Source of the DNA: a virus
IMG/VR virus record: IMGVR_UViG_3300045988_010396
Span: 37,395-101,394 of that record
Length of the DNA stretch: 64,000 nucleotides
Strand: one strand, 5' to 3'
The first letter of the stretch is position 1; every line of letters starts with the position of its first letter. The notes under the pieces were generated by a model, which saw only the letters and a list, made by a program, of their open reading frames with translations, was not told where the DNA came from and did not search any database. This document shows, in pieces, positions 17,367 through 26,797 of the stretch. A program made the position numbers and the translations under genes.

Positions 17367-18311
17367 ATGAAAGAACATAATGCAGTATTTATGGCATTTG
17401 CACAGGGCAGTGAGTCTAGGGAAGTTGTAAGAAAGCTGTACGTTGGTATAGCTCCTGTCTTTGTGTTGGCTGTCAACCCTAGTAAGGAAGAGACAGAGAA
17501 GCTCTATAACACAGAGCTTGATGAAGCTCCTAACTATCTGAGTGAGGCTGAGATTGGCCCAGAAGGTAATAAGTCTAAAGTGCCTCAGGCAAGAATAGAC
17601 TTTGTAGTTAAGTCAGACCCTAAAAATTGTAATGGAATTGAGATGCTCACCAGAGTAACTTTCTTCCTCAACAAGGCTTATAGGTATAACAAGGATAACA
17701 CCAAGGTTGAGGTAATCAATAAGTATGGTGAGACTACTTGGTTGCCTATCAATGCTGCTAAAGGTACTGAACCTATTCCTGACAACATGAAGTGGTATGA
17801 CACTTCCGATATGAGACCTGCCTATATCGGTGAGTCAGAACTTACTGACTTCATCAAGAAGTACCTGAACATTCCAAACAAGTCATTTACTAACCCTAAG
17901 ACCAAGGAGGTTAAGTTTATTCCTAACTTAGCTGATGCTGAGGCTAGACTTGACAAGATTGAGAACTACTTCAAGGGTGACTTCACTGAGTTGAAGAACA
18001 TCATCAAGTTGCAGCCCAACAACAGGGTTAAGGGCATGTTTGGTGTAAGAACTACTGATGATAATAAGCAGTACCAGGCTGTTTATACTCAGAAGTTCCT
18101 GAAACTCAATGTCACAGACTACAGTAAACTTGATGAGGAGATGCAGAACAGAAAGGCTGCTGGAGCATATCCTACAACTGAGTTCAGCATTGAACCTCTG
18201 CATGAGTACAATGTAGCTGCAACTGATTTCAATTCACCTGAGAATGACCCATTGGGTGCAGGTTCAGCACCTACAAGTACTCCTTGGGATGCTTGGGGTG
18301 GTAACAAATAA
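17367..18311 (+). CDS. Hypothetical protein, 314 aa
   Basis: Intact ORF in the replication module. Confidence 0.45.
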   Translation: MKEHNAVFMAFAQGSESREVVRKLYVGIAPVFVLAVNPSKEETEKLYNTELDEAPNYLSEAEIGPEGNKSKVPQARIDFVVKSDPKNCNGIEMLTRVTFFLNKAYRYNKDNTKVEVINKYGETTWLPINAAKGTEPIPDNMKWYDTSDMRPAYIGESELTDFIKKYLNIPNKSFTNPKTKEVKFIPNLADAEARLDKIENYFKGDFTELKNIIKLQPNNRVKGMFGVRTTDDNKQYQAVYTQKFLKLNVTDYSKLDEEMQNRKAAGAYPTTEFSIEPLHEYNVAATDFNSPENDPLGAGSAPTSTPWDAWGGNK

Positions 18312-18343
18312 TGACTGATTAACTCTATAAAACTATTAGACTG

Positions 18344-19345
18344 ATGGCATTTGGTAACGGAGAGCATAGCATTACCCTAGAAGATGTCCTAGCAAGAACT
18401 ACGGAATTTGGCATACTATACCATTATTTCAATGTAAGTGAGCTGCCCACTGTAATACATTCACCTTTAAGGCATGACAGCAGACCTTCATTTGGTCTAT
18501 ATACATTGGATGGTAAGAGGGTACATTACACTGACTTAGCCACTAAGGATAGAGGTGGATTGTTTGATTTGCTTATGAAGTATTGGGGGGAGAGCTACAA
18601 AGATATGCTTAATCATCTTTGGAAGGATTTACCCAGTTTCTCCAATGCCAATGTCCAGTTTAATAGTATGAAGAGTGAGAGGTCTTACCAGTACCAGTCT
18701 CTCAAGTCAAGGAGCATAGACCTTCAATGTAAGGTCAGAGAGTGGAGGGATTATGATATAGAATACTGGGCTTCTTATGGTATATCACTAGAGTGGCTCA
18801 AGTATGCTGACATATATCCCATATCACATAAGATTGTAATTAGGGAGGGCCAAAGATATGTGTTTGGAGCTGATAAATATGCCTATGCCTATATAGAAAG
18901 GAAAGAGGGTAAAGTGACCCTCAAGATATACCAACCTTACAATAAAGGTGGGTACAAGTGGAGCAACAGACATGACAGGAGTGTCATATCACTTTGGACT
19001 AAAGTACCTGAGTATGGAGATAGAATCTGCATATGTTCATCCATGAAGGATGCCTTGTGCTTATGGGCTAACACAGGAATACCTGCGTTAGCTATTCAAG
19101 GGGAGGGCTATGGTATGAGTGATACTGCTATTGGTGAACTCAAAAGGAGATATAGTCATATCTATATACTACTGGACAATGATGAAGCTGGACTGCAAGA
19201 TGCGGTAAAACTGTCAGAGTCTACTGGATTCACCAATATAGTATTACCAAAAGTGAATGATGCTAAAGACATCAGTGATTTATACAAATCCCTTCAAGAC
19301 CCTAATAGGTTTAGAGGTATTATTATGCCCTTATTTAAGAATTAA
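18344..19345 (+). CDS. DNA primase (Toprim domain)
   Basis: Toprim-like ICICSSMKDAL and ILLDNDEAG (DxD) motifs. Confidence 0.55.
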   Translation: MAFGNGEHSITLEDVLARTTEFGILYHYFNVSELPTVIHSPLRHDSRPSFGLYTLDGKRVHYTDLATKDRGGLFDLLMKYWGESYKDMLNHLWKDLPSFSNANVQFNSMKSERSYQYQSLKSRSIDLQCKVREWRDYDIEYWASYGISLEWLKYADIYPISHKIVIREGQRYVFGADKYAYAYIERKEGKVTLKIYQPYNKGGYKWSNRHDRSVISLWTKVPEYGDRICICSSMKDALCLWANTGIPALAIQGEGYGMSDTAIGELKRRYSHIYILLDNDEAGLQDAVKLSESTGFTNIVLPKVNDAKDISDLYKSLQDPNRFRGIIMPLFKN

Positions 19346-19396
19346 GGTTTTTCAAGATAACATTAACAAAAGTTTTAACATTTAACATTTCAAATT

Positions 19397-20074
19397 ATGG
19401 AGACACGTAAAGTAACCATCATCAATTCAAAGACCCAGAGCCAGAAAGTAATTCAGGACTCTAAGGCTACAACTCTCGGTGAACTCAAGCAGGAAATGAG
19501 GGAGAGAGGTATTGACTACACAGGTATGACTTTCTTTGAAGGTCACATGAGAGCTGAACTCAAGGATGATGCAGCTCCCCTGCCTGCTAACATACCCTAT
19601 AAGGGTCAGGTAGTCAATGACTTGACATTCATGTTGACTGCACCTGAGAAGAAGGTTAAGTCAGGTGCTATGTCAAGAGCAGAAGCCTATGCAGAAATCA
19701 AGAAGAAGGGCTTGCAGGGTGCTTGTGTTAGTATGTTCGGTAAGAATTTCACACAGTGTTCCACTGCTGACCTTATCTCTTTGATTGAGAAGAACTCTGC
19801 TAAGGCAGCTCCTGCACCCAAAGCTGAGAAGCCTATAGAGGCAGCAGCTCCTGCAAAGAAGGAGGAAGCTTCTATAGCACCTGAAACTCCTGCTACTGGC
19901 TGTAACTGTTCAAAGGCTATTGCCATTCTCGCAGAAGCACTATATGATAATGATACCATTGAGGGGGAGACCTATGACGCAATCATGGCTACTCTCAAGG
20001 GTGGTTCTTACAGTGCACCTGAGAAGATGAGCAAGAAGGAGATTGATACTATGTTTGACTTTGTGGAAAGATAA
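19397..20074 (+). CDS. Hypothetical protein, 225 aa
   Basis: Preceded by TAACATTTAACATTT 7 nt upstream; Ala/Pro/Lys linker. Confidence 0.45.
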   Translation: METRKVTIINSKTQSQKVIQDSKATTLGELKQEMRERGIDYTGMTFFEGHMRAELKDDAAPLPANIPYKGQVVNDLTFMLTAPEKKVKSGAMSRAEAYAEIKKKGLQGACVSMFGKNFTQCSTADLISLIEKNSAKAAPAPKAEKPIEAAAPAKKEEASIAPETPATGCNCSKAIAILAEALYDNDTIEGETYDAIMATLKGGSYSAPEKMSKKEIDTMFDFVER

Positions 20075-20142
20075 GGTCAGATTGGATAACACAGTGAAGG
20101 GTGAGTAGTATACTTGCCTTTCACTTTTTTTTTTATACAAGT

Positions 20143-21459
20143 ATGAATGAAGAAATGACTAACAAGGCAAGGGAGTTATATGATAATATCATGTACTTTC
20201 CTAATAAGGTTCTTAGTATATTCAATGACTTCTTTGGAGAGCAGAGAATAGATATGCAGGGGTTCTGGAGCTTTGAAGAGTTCCTATATTCAATATCTGA
20301 GAACAGGCTCAGTTTTTTCTTCTCTAACAGAGGTGCTGTACTTAGTAGCCCAGAGTTCCAAAGTACCAGTAAAGAGAATAAAGCTATTATAGAAGATATG
20401 CTTGATAATGGTGCTTTGGATAATACTGTACTCAGTGATGAGGCACTTGCCACATATTTCCTGCCTATAATGACTACTGCTGTATTGCAGCATGTTCCAC
20501 GAGGGTTCATTCTTGTGCATTTCCCTCATGTAAGGGTTACTAATGAGCATGATAAATTTGTGGATATAAGTCACCTATGGGTTAAAGTACATATAAAGGC
20601 AAATGGCGCAGGCACAGGTTACTTTGGTGTGAATAGGAGTGAGTATGAACTCTCTCATATGAAAGCAGACTATATGCATAGTCATGTTCCTGGTATTCCA
20701 TTCGGTGGGTTTACTAGTTTTATGTCTCCTTGTTTAGGCAGTGGACCCATCAGAAATACAGTAGCTACTCTTGCAATGGGATATGATGAAGCTATGTGGC
20801 AGTTGTTCTGTCTTGAACTGGACAAGTATGTTAGAGTTGAGAGTCTCTCTGGAGTACCTCATAGGTATCTGGAGAGGATAGGCAATGGTAGGGGCATGAC
20901 TAATGGAGAAACCCATTTCTCCATGAAATCTAATACATTCAATGACTATAGTAACATATTCTCTAAGGAGGATATGAAAGACTTTGTAGAGCACCTGATA
21001 AGAGGCAAGAAGCTTAAATTTAACTTTATAAGAGGAAGCTATGGTTTTGCAATGTCCTATCTTGACTATAGAATACTCATCAGTAATGAGTTCATCGAGT
21101 GGTATAATCTGAGATATAACTTAGGAAAATCTACTTCAAGTTATGATAACTTTATCAGTAAAGGAATACTGAAAGAATGTATCATCAACAATGGTAAGAT
21201 ACAATATTTTAGGAACAATACTGATAATGGTAGAAACTATTATAGATATGAAGGAGCTAATGTATGTACATTCAAGGGTAAACCCATCAATATACATATA
21301 GTAGACAGTTCCTGTGATACTCTTAACAAGACAGTGTTGGTCAATGCAGGTATTGCTGAGGAAATAGCAAAGGCAGTACTTACAATAGTAAATTACAAGT
21401 ATGGAAGAGAAGAAAGAGGAGAAGAAGCTGGAATTGGTACACCAGCAATCTATCTATAA
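20143..21459 (+). CDS. Hypothetical protein (track start 20101 is GTG; ATG at 20143). First gene of the JAB/E1 operon
   Basis: Large ORF of about 438 aa from MNEEMT; tightly coupled to the downstream JAB gene. Confidence 0.45.
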   Translation: MNEEMTNKARELYDNIMYFPNKVLSIFNDFFGEQRIDMQGFWSFEEFLYSISENRLSFFFSNRGAVLSSPEFQSTSKENKAIIEDMLDNGALDNTVLSDEALATYFLPIMTTAVLQHVPRGFILVHFPHVRVTNEHDKFVDISHLWVKVHIKANGAGTGYFGVNRSEYELSHMKADYMHSHVPGIPFGGFTSFMSPCLGSGPIRNTVATLAMGYDEAMWQLFCLELDKYVRVESLSGVPHRYLERIGNGRGMTNGETHFSMKSNTFNDYSNIFSKEDMKDFVEHLIRGKKLKFNFIRGSYGFAMSYLDYRILISNEFIEWYNLRYNLGKSTSSYDNFISKGILKECIINNGKIQYFRNNTDNGRNYYRYEGANVCTFKGKPINIHIVDSSCDTLNKTVLVNAGIAEEIAKAVLTIVNYKYGREERGEEAGIGTPAIYL

Positions 21460-22591
21460 GATGATAATCCCTCAGGAAGTTGAGAAGAAGATAAGACTTC
21501 TGTGCAGGGAGATACATAGTGTGGAATGGTCTGGAGTGCTATTCTACAAGGTAAGTGGTTCATTTGAGGATAAGTCACTGACAATTACTTGTGTAGACTT
21601 ATTTCAGATGGATGAAGGTACTGGAGGATATACTGAATATGATATGTCTCCAGATGTCTCAGGTTATATGGTAGACCATCCTGAGCTGCTTGATGCTGAT
21701 ATATATCAAGGACTTATCCATAGTCATAACAACATGGCGACGTTTTTCAGTGGTACTGATACAGCCACTCTACAGTCAGAGGGTAGTGACATGAACCACT
21801 TTGTGTCACTGATTGTAAACAATGCTGGTAAATATACAGCAGGGGTGACTAGAAAGGCTAAGCTCAAACAGACAGTCAATGAGGAGTTCACATATCCCAC
21901 ATGGAGGGATGAGAGTGTATCTGGCAATAGAACCTTTATAGTAGAAAAGGAGTACATCCAATGGTTCAATCTTGACATTGAAATTGAAGGAGTCTGCAAT
22001 GACTTTGAAACTGAGATGCTTGAAAGGATTAAGGAGATTAGGACTAATAAAGCCAGCTCTAGGAAAAGTGCTATCAATGTTAGAAGCCCTTATATTAGCT
22101 CAAATTATGGAGGACCAATAGGTTCCTATGGTAGCCCCAGAGGATATACAATACCTGCTGATCCAGCCAACACTACTCCTATCAAGAAAGAGGTTAAGCA
22201 ATCTACACTCTTTGGTGATAGTGATGAGGAGTTTATGGACTATGAGAAGTTCAAGCTCAGTGATGAGATAGTGGACTGGGTGGTCAAGCAGACCATCACT
22301 TGTAGTGTAATCATTCCTAACTCTAGTAATATTGACATAGAGAAGTGGGCTAGGTCTATGGATTCTCTGTATAAAAAGAGATTCACAGACAAGAAGGAGT
22401 TTGAAGCCTTTGCATCAAACTTTGTGGACTTTGTGGTTACCTATACAGAAGACCCAGAGGCTGCTGCCTTCTTGGATTCTACAGAGATGGCTGCTGTATT
22501 GGCTTATCAAGTAAAAGAGAGACTAAGCTCCCTGCCTAAGAATGAGTGGCTGGATGCTTGGATTAAATTGTATGATGATTATATACTATAA
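21401..22591 (+). CDS. JAB/MPN (JAMM) metalloprotease-domain protein
   Basis: Canonical JAMM motif HSHNNMATFFSGTD (HxHx7Sx2D) with an upstream Glu. The actual start may be MIIPQEV at about 21460. Confidence 0.65.
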   Translation: MEEKKEEKKLELVHQQSIYKMIIPQEVEKKIRLLCREIHSVEWSGVLFYKVSGSFEDKSLTITCVDLFQMDEGTGGYTEYDMSPDVSGYMVDHPELLDADIYQGLIHSHNNMATFFSGTDTATLQSEGSDMNHFVSLIVNNAGKYTAGVTRKAKLKQTVNEEFTYPTWRDESVSGNRTFIVEKEYIQWFNLDIEIEGVCNDFETEMLERIKEIRTNKASSRKSAINVRSPYISSNYGGPIGSYGSPRGYTIPADPANTTPIKKEVKQSTLFGDSDEEFMDYEKFKLSDEIVDWVVKQTITCSVIIPNSSNIDIEKWARSMDSLYKKRFTDKKEFEAFASNFVDFVVTYTEDPEAAAFLDSTEMAAVLAYQVKERLSSLPKNEWLDAWIKLYDDYIL

Positions 22592-22593
22592 GT

Positions 22594-23505
22594 ATGGAAG
22601 ATATGGTAAGTGAAGCAAGTGCTCAAGCTCTTAACCAATTAGAGCAGGCTCGTCAAGAGCTTGAAAGAGCTATTACGGATTATGAGATACCTGAGGAAGC
22701 TCAATTGAGTCCAGAAGAGGAAGCAATGTTGTCAGTAGCAATGGATAGTACACATCGTGAAATACCAGTAAACTCACAGACAATCACTATAGATGAGACT
22801 ACAAGCAGGTTCAGTGGAGCTATATGGTATGAGGAGATACAGAAACAGACTGTCACTTTGGCAGGTGTTGGAGGTATTGGCAGCTATGTAGGCTTTTTGT
22901 TAAGTAGATTGAAGCCAAATAGACTTATCATATATGACCCTGACAGAGTTGAGACTGTCAATATGTCAGGTCAGTTGTATGGTCAGACAGATGTAGGTCG
23001 TTATAAGTGTGCAGCTCTTGCCGATATGGTCATGAACTACGCTAACTATTGCAATATAGTGGCATTGGGCCAAAGGTTTGAGGATAACTCTGAGGCTACT
23101 GACATTATGATATGTGGCTTTGATAATATGGCAGCAAGAAGGACATTCTATGAGAAGTGGAAGCAGAGAGTATTGTCCTATCCTGCTGGTAGTGATAATA
23201 GAAAGAAGTGTCTATTCATAGATGGAAGATTGGCAGCAGAAGAGTTCCAAGTATTGTCTATTCAAGGGGATGATGAGAGGGCTATGGCAGCATATGAAGA
23301 CAAGTGGCTGTTCAGTGATGTAGAAGCTGAGGAGACTATATGCTCCTATAAGCAGACTACATTTATGGCTAACATGATTGCATCAGTAATGGTCAATGTC
23401 TTTGTAAACTTCATAGCTAACCAATGTGGTCCTATCATAGATAGGGATGTGCCTTTCTTCATATCCTATGATGCAAGTACAATGTTTACTAAAGTTGAAA
23501 TGTAA
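22594..23505 (+). CDS. E1-like (ThiF/MoeB family) adenylyltransferase
   Basis: Rossmann motif GVGGIGSYVGFLL and the conserved ICGFDNMAARR (DNxxxR) motif of ThiF/E1 enzymes. Confidence 0.65.
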   Translation: MEDMVSEASAQALNQLEQARQELERAITDYEIPEEAQLSPEEEAMLSVAMDSTHREIPVNSQTITIDETTSRFSGAIWYEEIQKQTVTLAGVGGIGSYVGFLLSRLKPNRLIIYDPDRVETVNMSGQLYGQTDVGRYKCAALADMVMNYANYCNIVALGQRFEDNSEATDIMICGFDNMAARRTFYEKWKQRVLSYPAGSDNRKKCLFIDGRLAAEEFQVLSIQGDDERAMAAYEDKWLFSDVEAEETICSYKQTTFMANMIASVMVNVFVNFIANQCGPIIDRDVPFFISYDASTMFTKVEM

Positions 23506-24302
23506 TGCAAAGAGTAAGTGATAGAATGGGTCATACTATTGAATATATGTATAACTCAACAGGAGCTGTAAGTGGCAGCGGAGTTTCAGCTGCATATGTT
23601 AATTACTCCTCGCACACAGTGTTTCCACTATTCTTTAGGGTTTCTTTACAAGGGGATAAGATTGAGCTTCCCATACTTGCCAAGGAGTGCGTGCAAGGTG
23701 ACCTTCTTGCAAGATTAGAGGCTAGGTCAAACCCTCTCAGAAGAAGGGACATCATTATGCCCCTCTCTACTCTAGAGTTTAACCATGCTCCTTATAGAAC
23801 AGCAGATGCCTTAATCAGGAATCTGGTGGAGTTCAACTCCAGTAGGGGGGACATGTATCTGAGGGCCAAGACCAACAAAGGAGAGACATACTATGGATGT
23901 AATGGTACTATATTCAACAAGGATATGGTTCCACTTATCTTCAATGTCATAGAATGTGAGATTGTGGGTAATACTCTTGCCTATAAGAGAGTCAAGAGTT
24001 ATATACATCCATCAGTATTCTATTCTGATGGTATTGTGGAGAAGTGTATAGCCAACAAGATTATCCCATTTGTCATGCAGAATGGTGTAGATGTGAGACC
24101 CTATGACTCAAGGATAGTCAATGACATCAGCTATGTAAATATAGGAGGAGTAAGGAAGACTATACCTGAGCTGTCAGTTGCCAATGTAGCTGACAGGTTC
24201 TTCTGTAAGCCCATTCTTCCTAGTGTGGCATATAGTGATGACAACATCAATGATATGCTTAACAGAAACATTGATGATATATTCAATATCATTGGGGTAT
24301 GA
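23505..24302 (+). CDS. Hypothetical protein, 265 aa (fourth gene of the JAB/E1 operon)
   Basis: Start overlaps the E1 stop. Confidence 0.4.
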   Translation: MQRVSDRMGHTIEYMYNSTGAVSGSGVSAAYVNYSSHTVFPLFFRVSLQGDKIELPILAKECVQGDLLARLEARSNPLRRRDIIMPLSTLEFNHAPYRTADALIRNLVEFNSSRGDMYLRAKTNKGETYYGCNGTIFNKDMVPLIFNVIECEIVGNTLAYKRVKSYIHPSVFYSDGIVEKCIANKIIPFVMQNGVDVRPYDSRIVNDISYVNIGGVRKTIPELSVANVADRFFCKPILPSVAYSDDNINDMLNRNIDDIFNIIGV

Positions 24303-25003
24303 CACTTGAGGAATACTTTGGTGATTGGCTTAGAGTGATTGACAGAGCAGAGTTAGATAAGGTATTGATACTCCTTAACAGGATGTATAAGGTAAAACCT
24401 ATATGTCCTGCACAGGAGAATGTATTCAAGGCATTCAACTTGTGTAAGTACCATGACTGTAAGGTGGTATTCATAGGTCAAGACCCATATCCTCAGAAGG
24501 GTGTGGCTACTGGCATATTGTTTGGAAATGATGCAAGTACTAGAGAAGATGACTGGTCTCCATCGTTAAAAATTGTTAGAGATTCAGTTATAGACTTGCG
24601 TAGACCACATAATTTGATTACCTTTGACCCCACTTTAGAATCATGGGCTAAACAAGGAATCCTTATGATTAACTCTGCTTTGACAGTAGAGATGAATAAG
24701 GTAGGCTCACACACTATGTTGTGGAGGACCTTCATCTCAAAGCTACTAAAGAAGATGTCTGAGTATGATGCTGGTATGATATATGTGCTGTTTGGTGGCA
24801 CTGCCCGTACCTTCAAGCCATATATAGGAAAGTATAATGATGCGATAGAGATAGAGCATCCTGCATACTTTGCAAGAATCAACCAAGACATGCCCTCAGA
24901 TATATTCTATAAGATTAACAGACTATTAAAAGATAGGTGTAACTACCAGATTAACTGGTATAAAGAAGAAAAATATGAACAAATTGAAACTGAAAAAGAG
25001 TAG
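24299..25003 (+). CDS. ung: Uracil-DNA glycosylase (family-1-like)
   Basis: GQDPYPQKG water-activating loop motif; a later HPA motif. Confidence 0.55.
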   Translation: MTLEEYFGDWLRVIDRAELDKVLILLNRMYKVKPICPAQENVFKAFNLCKYHDCKVVFIGQDPYPQKGVATGILFGNDASTREDDWSPSLKIVRDSVIDLRRPHNLITFDPTLESWAKQGILMINSALTVEMNKVGSHTMLWRTFISKLLKKMSEYDAGMIYVLFGGTARTFKPYIGKYNDAIEIEHPAYFARINQDMPSDIFYKINRLLKDRCNYQINWYKEEKYEQIETEKE

Positions 25004-25508
25004 TAAAGAGGTCAAGATGGGTGAGCAACTCATCAAAGTTGTGAATTTATGTGGTATTCCTATACCTATAGCACAGGTTGAGATTAACAAAACTACTCTT
25101 CCTGACCTTATCAAACATGGTATAATAGTGGCAGGAGGCTCTGATAGTGACATTGACATCACTATTGAAGGTGCAATACAGCATCTGGCTAATAGGATTG
25201 GATGGAACAAAGAGAACCTTGAGAAGTACCTCAGCAACCTCTATAAGATTAGCCCTGCTGCTGCCTTTGAGATTGTACTGAAGGAGGTGGCTATCCTGCT
25301 TGATGAGAAGTATCCTGACCACATCAACAACAGCAATGAGATTTGGGTAATCAATAAGGTCAGCGGAGGAGTTCAGAAACTCAAGGACCTGAGTAAAATC
25401 AAGAGTTTCCAGCACTTTGCAGCTTTCAGAAGTCTTGAGGATGCTCTTGTAGCCAGGAGAGTAATGGCCCCTGTATTGAAGAATTTGTATGGAAAACAAA
25501 AGAATTAA
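24975..25508 (+). CDS. Hypothetical protein, 177 aa
   Basis: ORF only. Confidence 0.4.
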   Translation: MNKLKLKKSSKEVKMGEQLIKVVNLCGIPIPIAQVEINKTTLPDLIKHGIIVAGGSDSDIDITIEGAIQHLANRIGWNKENLEKYLSNLYKISPAAAFEIVLKEVAILLDEKYPDHINNSNEIWVINKVSGGVQKLKDLSKIKSFQHFAAFRSLEDALVARRVMAPVLKNLYGKQKN

Positions 25509-25941
25509 AGGTGCTACACCTTTAGTTGTTGAAGACATTAAGTTCAAATCCAAAATTGAAGCAAGTGTGTATAAGCACTTGCTTCAAGCTGGATTTGACC
25601 CAGTGTATGAGGGTATGAAGTTCACTATATGGAGTGGCTTCAAGCCTACAGTCCCATTCTATACAAGTATAGGGCGGAGCAATGGACTTAATATGAAGAA
25701 AACTATAGACATCACTTATACCCCAGACTTCACATTCATGTATAATGGTAAGCTGATTATCATAGAGGTTAAGGGGCTTCAGAATGATGTCTTTCCATAT
25801 AAGTTCAAGATGTTCAGAGGTATGCTTGAGAGAGAACCTTATGTAGGCAATACCCTACTATTTGAAATATTCAACATCAAGCAACTAAAGGAGTGTATAG
25901 AAATCATAAAATCTTATGACTCCAATACAGAGACTAAATAG
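25489..25941 (+). CDS. PD-(D/E)xK nuclease (VRR-NUC/resolvase-like)
   Basis: YTPDFTF...LIIIEVKG matches the D...(D/E)xK core. Confidence 0.4.
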   Translation: MENKRIKGATPLVVEDIKFKSKIEASVYKHLLQAGFDPVYEGMKFTIWSGFKPTVPFYTSIGRSNGLNMKKTIDITYTPDFTFMYNGKLIIIEVKGLQNDVFPYKFKMFRGMLEREPYVGNTLLFEIFNIKQLKECIEIIKSYDSNTETK

Positions 25942-26185
25942 CTTGGTAAAATCATTCCCAGAGAGAGATAGGGGATTGGCGCAGAAGATGTTGGATGAAA
26001 GGAAGTTTGAAGACTTATGGGAACTTGTAAAGTCCTCTATCTATATGGTGAGGAAGTACAAGGACAAGTATGAAGCTGACCTTACTGATATGACTGTGTT
26101 CAAGTCTGAACTATCCTCCTATATGGACCAGTTAGGTCTGGAGGATGATGAGGAAGAATTGATTGACACTTATGAAGAGTATTAG
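25916..26185 (+). CDS. Hypothetical small acidic protein, 89 aa
   Basis: ORF only. Confidence 0.35.
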   Translation: MTPIQRLNSLVKSFPERDRGLAQKMLDERKFEDLWELVKSSIYMVRKYKDKYEADLTDMTVFKSELSSYMDQLGLEDDEEELIDTYEEY

Positions 26186-26194
26186 AGAACTAGC

Positions 26195-26797
26195 ATGGAG
26201 TGTAGTATTTGGATTTATCAAAAATTCTTAGTATCTTTGCACTTTGCAACTAAAGTTTTTGAAGATATGGAAGAAATTTGGAAAGACATTCCTGGATATG
26301 AGGGATTGTACCAAGTTAGTAGTCTTGGAAGGTTCAAAGCTCTGAGTAGAGTAAGAAAGGGAATTTATGGAAATAGAATCTACAAGGAAAAGTTATTATC
26401 TCCTAAAGTGAATTTTGATAGGTACTACTATGTAACCTTAACTAAGGAAGGTAAGAAAACTAGTTATAGAGCACATAGACTAGTAGCTTTAGCTTTTCTT
26501 GGAGATAGCAATCTAGTCATAGACCACATTGACGGTAATCCCTTGAATAATGAGGTTACTAATCTAAGATATGTATCTCAAGCTGAGAATGTTTCTAATC
26601 CTAATACTATATGTAAGCAGTATAAGCCTGTTATACAGTTGTCTATGGATGATACTGTTATAGCTGAGTATCCTTCAGTTATGAGTGCTGCACTAGCAGT
26701 GGGAGCTTATAAATATGGGACTCATATAGGGCAGTGCTGTAATGGAAAGAGGACTACTGCATATAATTATAAATGGAAATGGAAAGAAAAAGTATAA
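26195..26797 (+). CDS. HNH homing endonuclease (NUMOD4 plus HNH_3 type)
   Basis: WKDIPGYEGLYQVSSLGRFKAL (NUMOD4) and IDHIDGNPLNNEVTNLRYVSQAEN. Confidence 0.7.
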   Translation: MECSIWIYQKFLVSLHFATKVFEDMEEIWKDIPGYEGLYQVSSLGRFKALSRVRKGIYGNRIYKEKLLSPKVNFDRYYYVTLTKEGKKTSYRAHRLVALAFLGDSNLVIDHIDGNPLNNEVTNLRYVSQAENVSNPNTICKQYKPVIQLSMDDTVIAEYPSVMSAALAVGAYKYGTHIGQCCNGKRTTAYNYKWKWKEKV

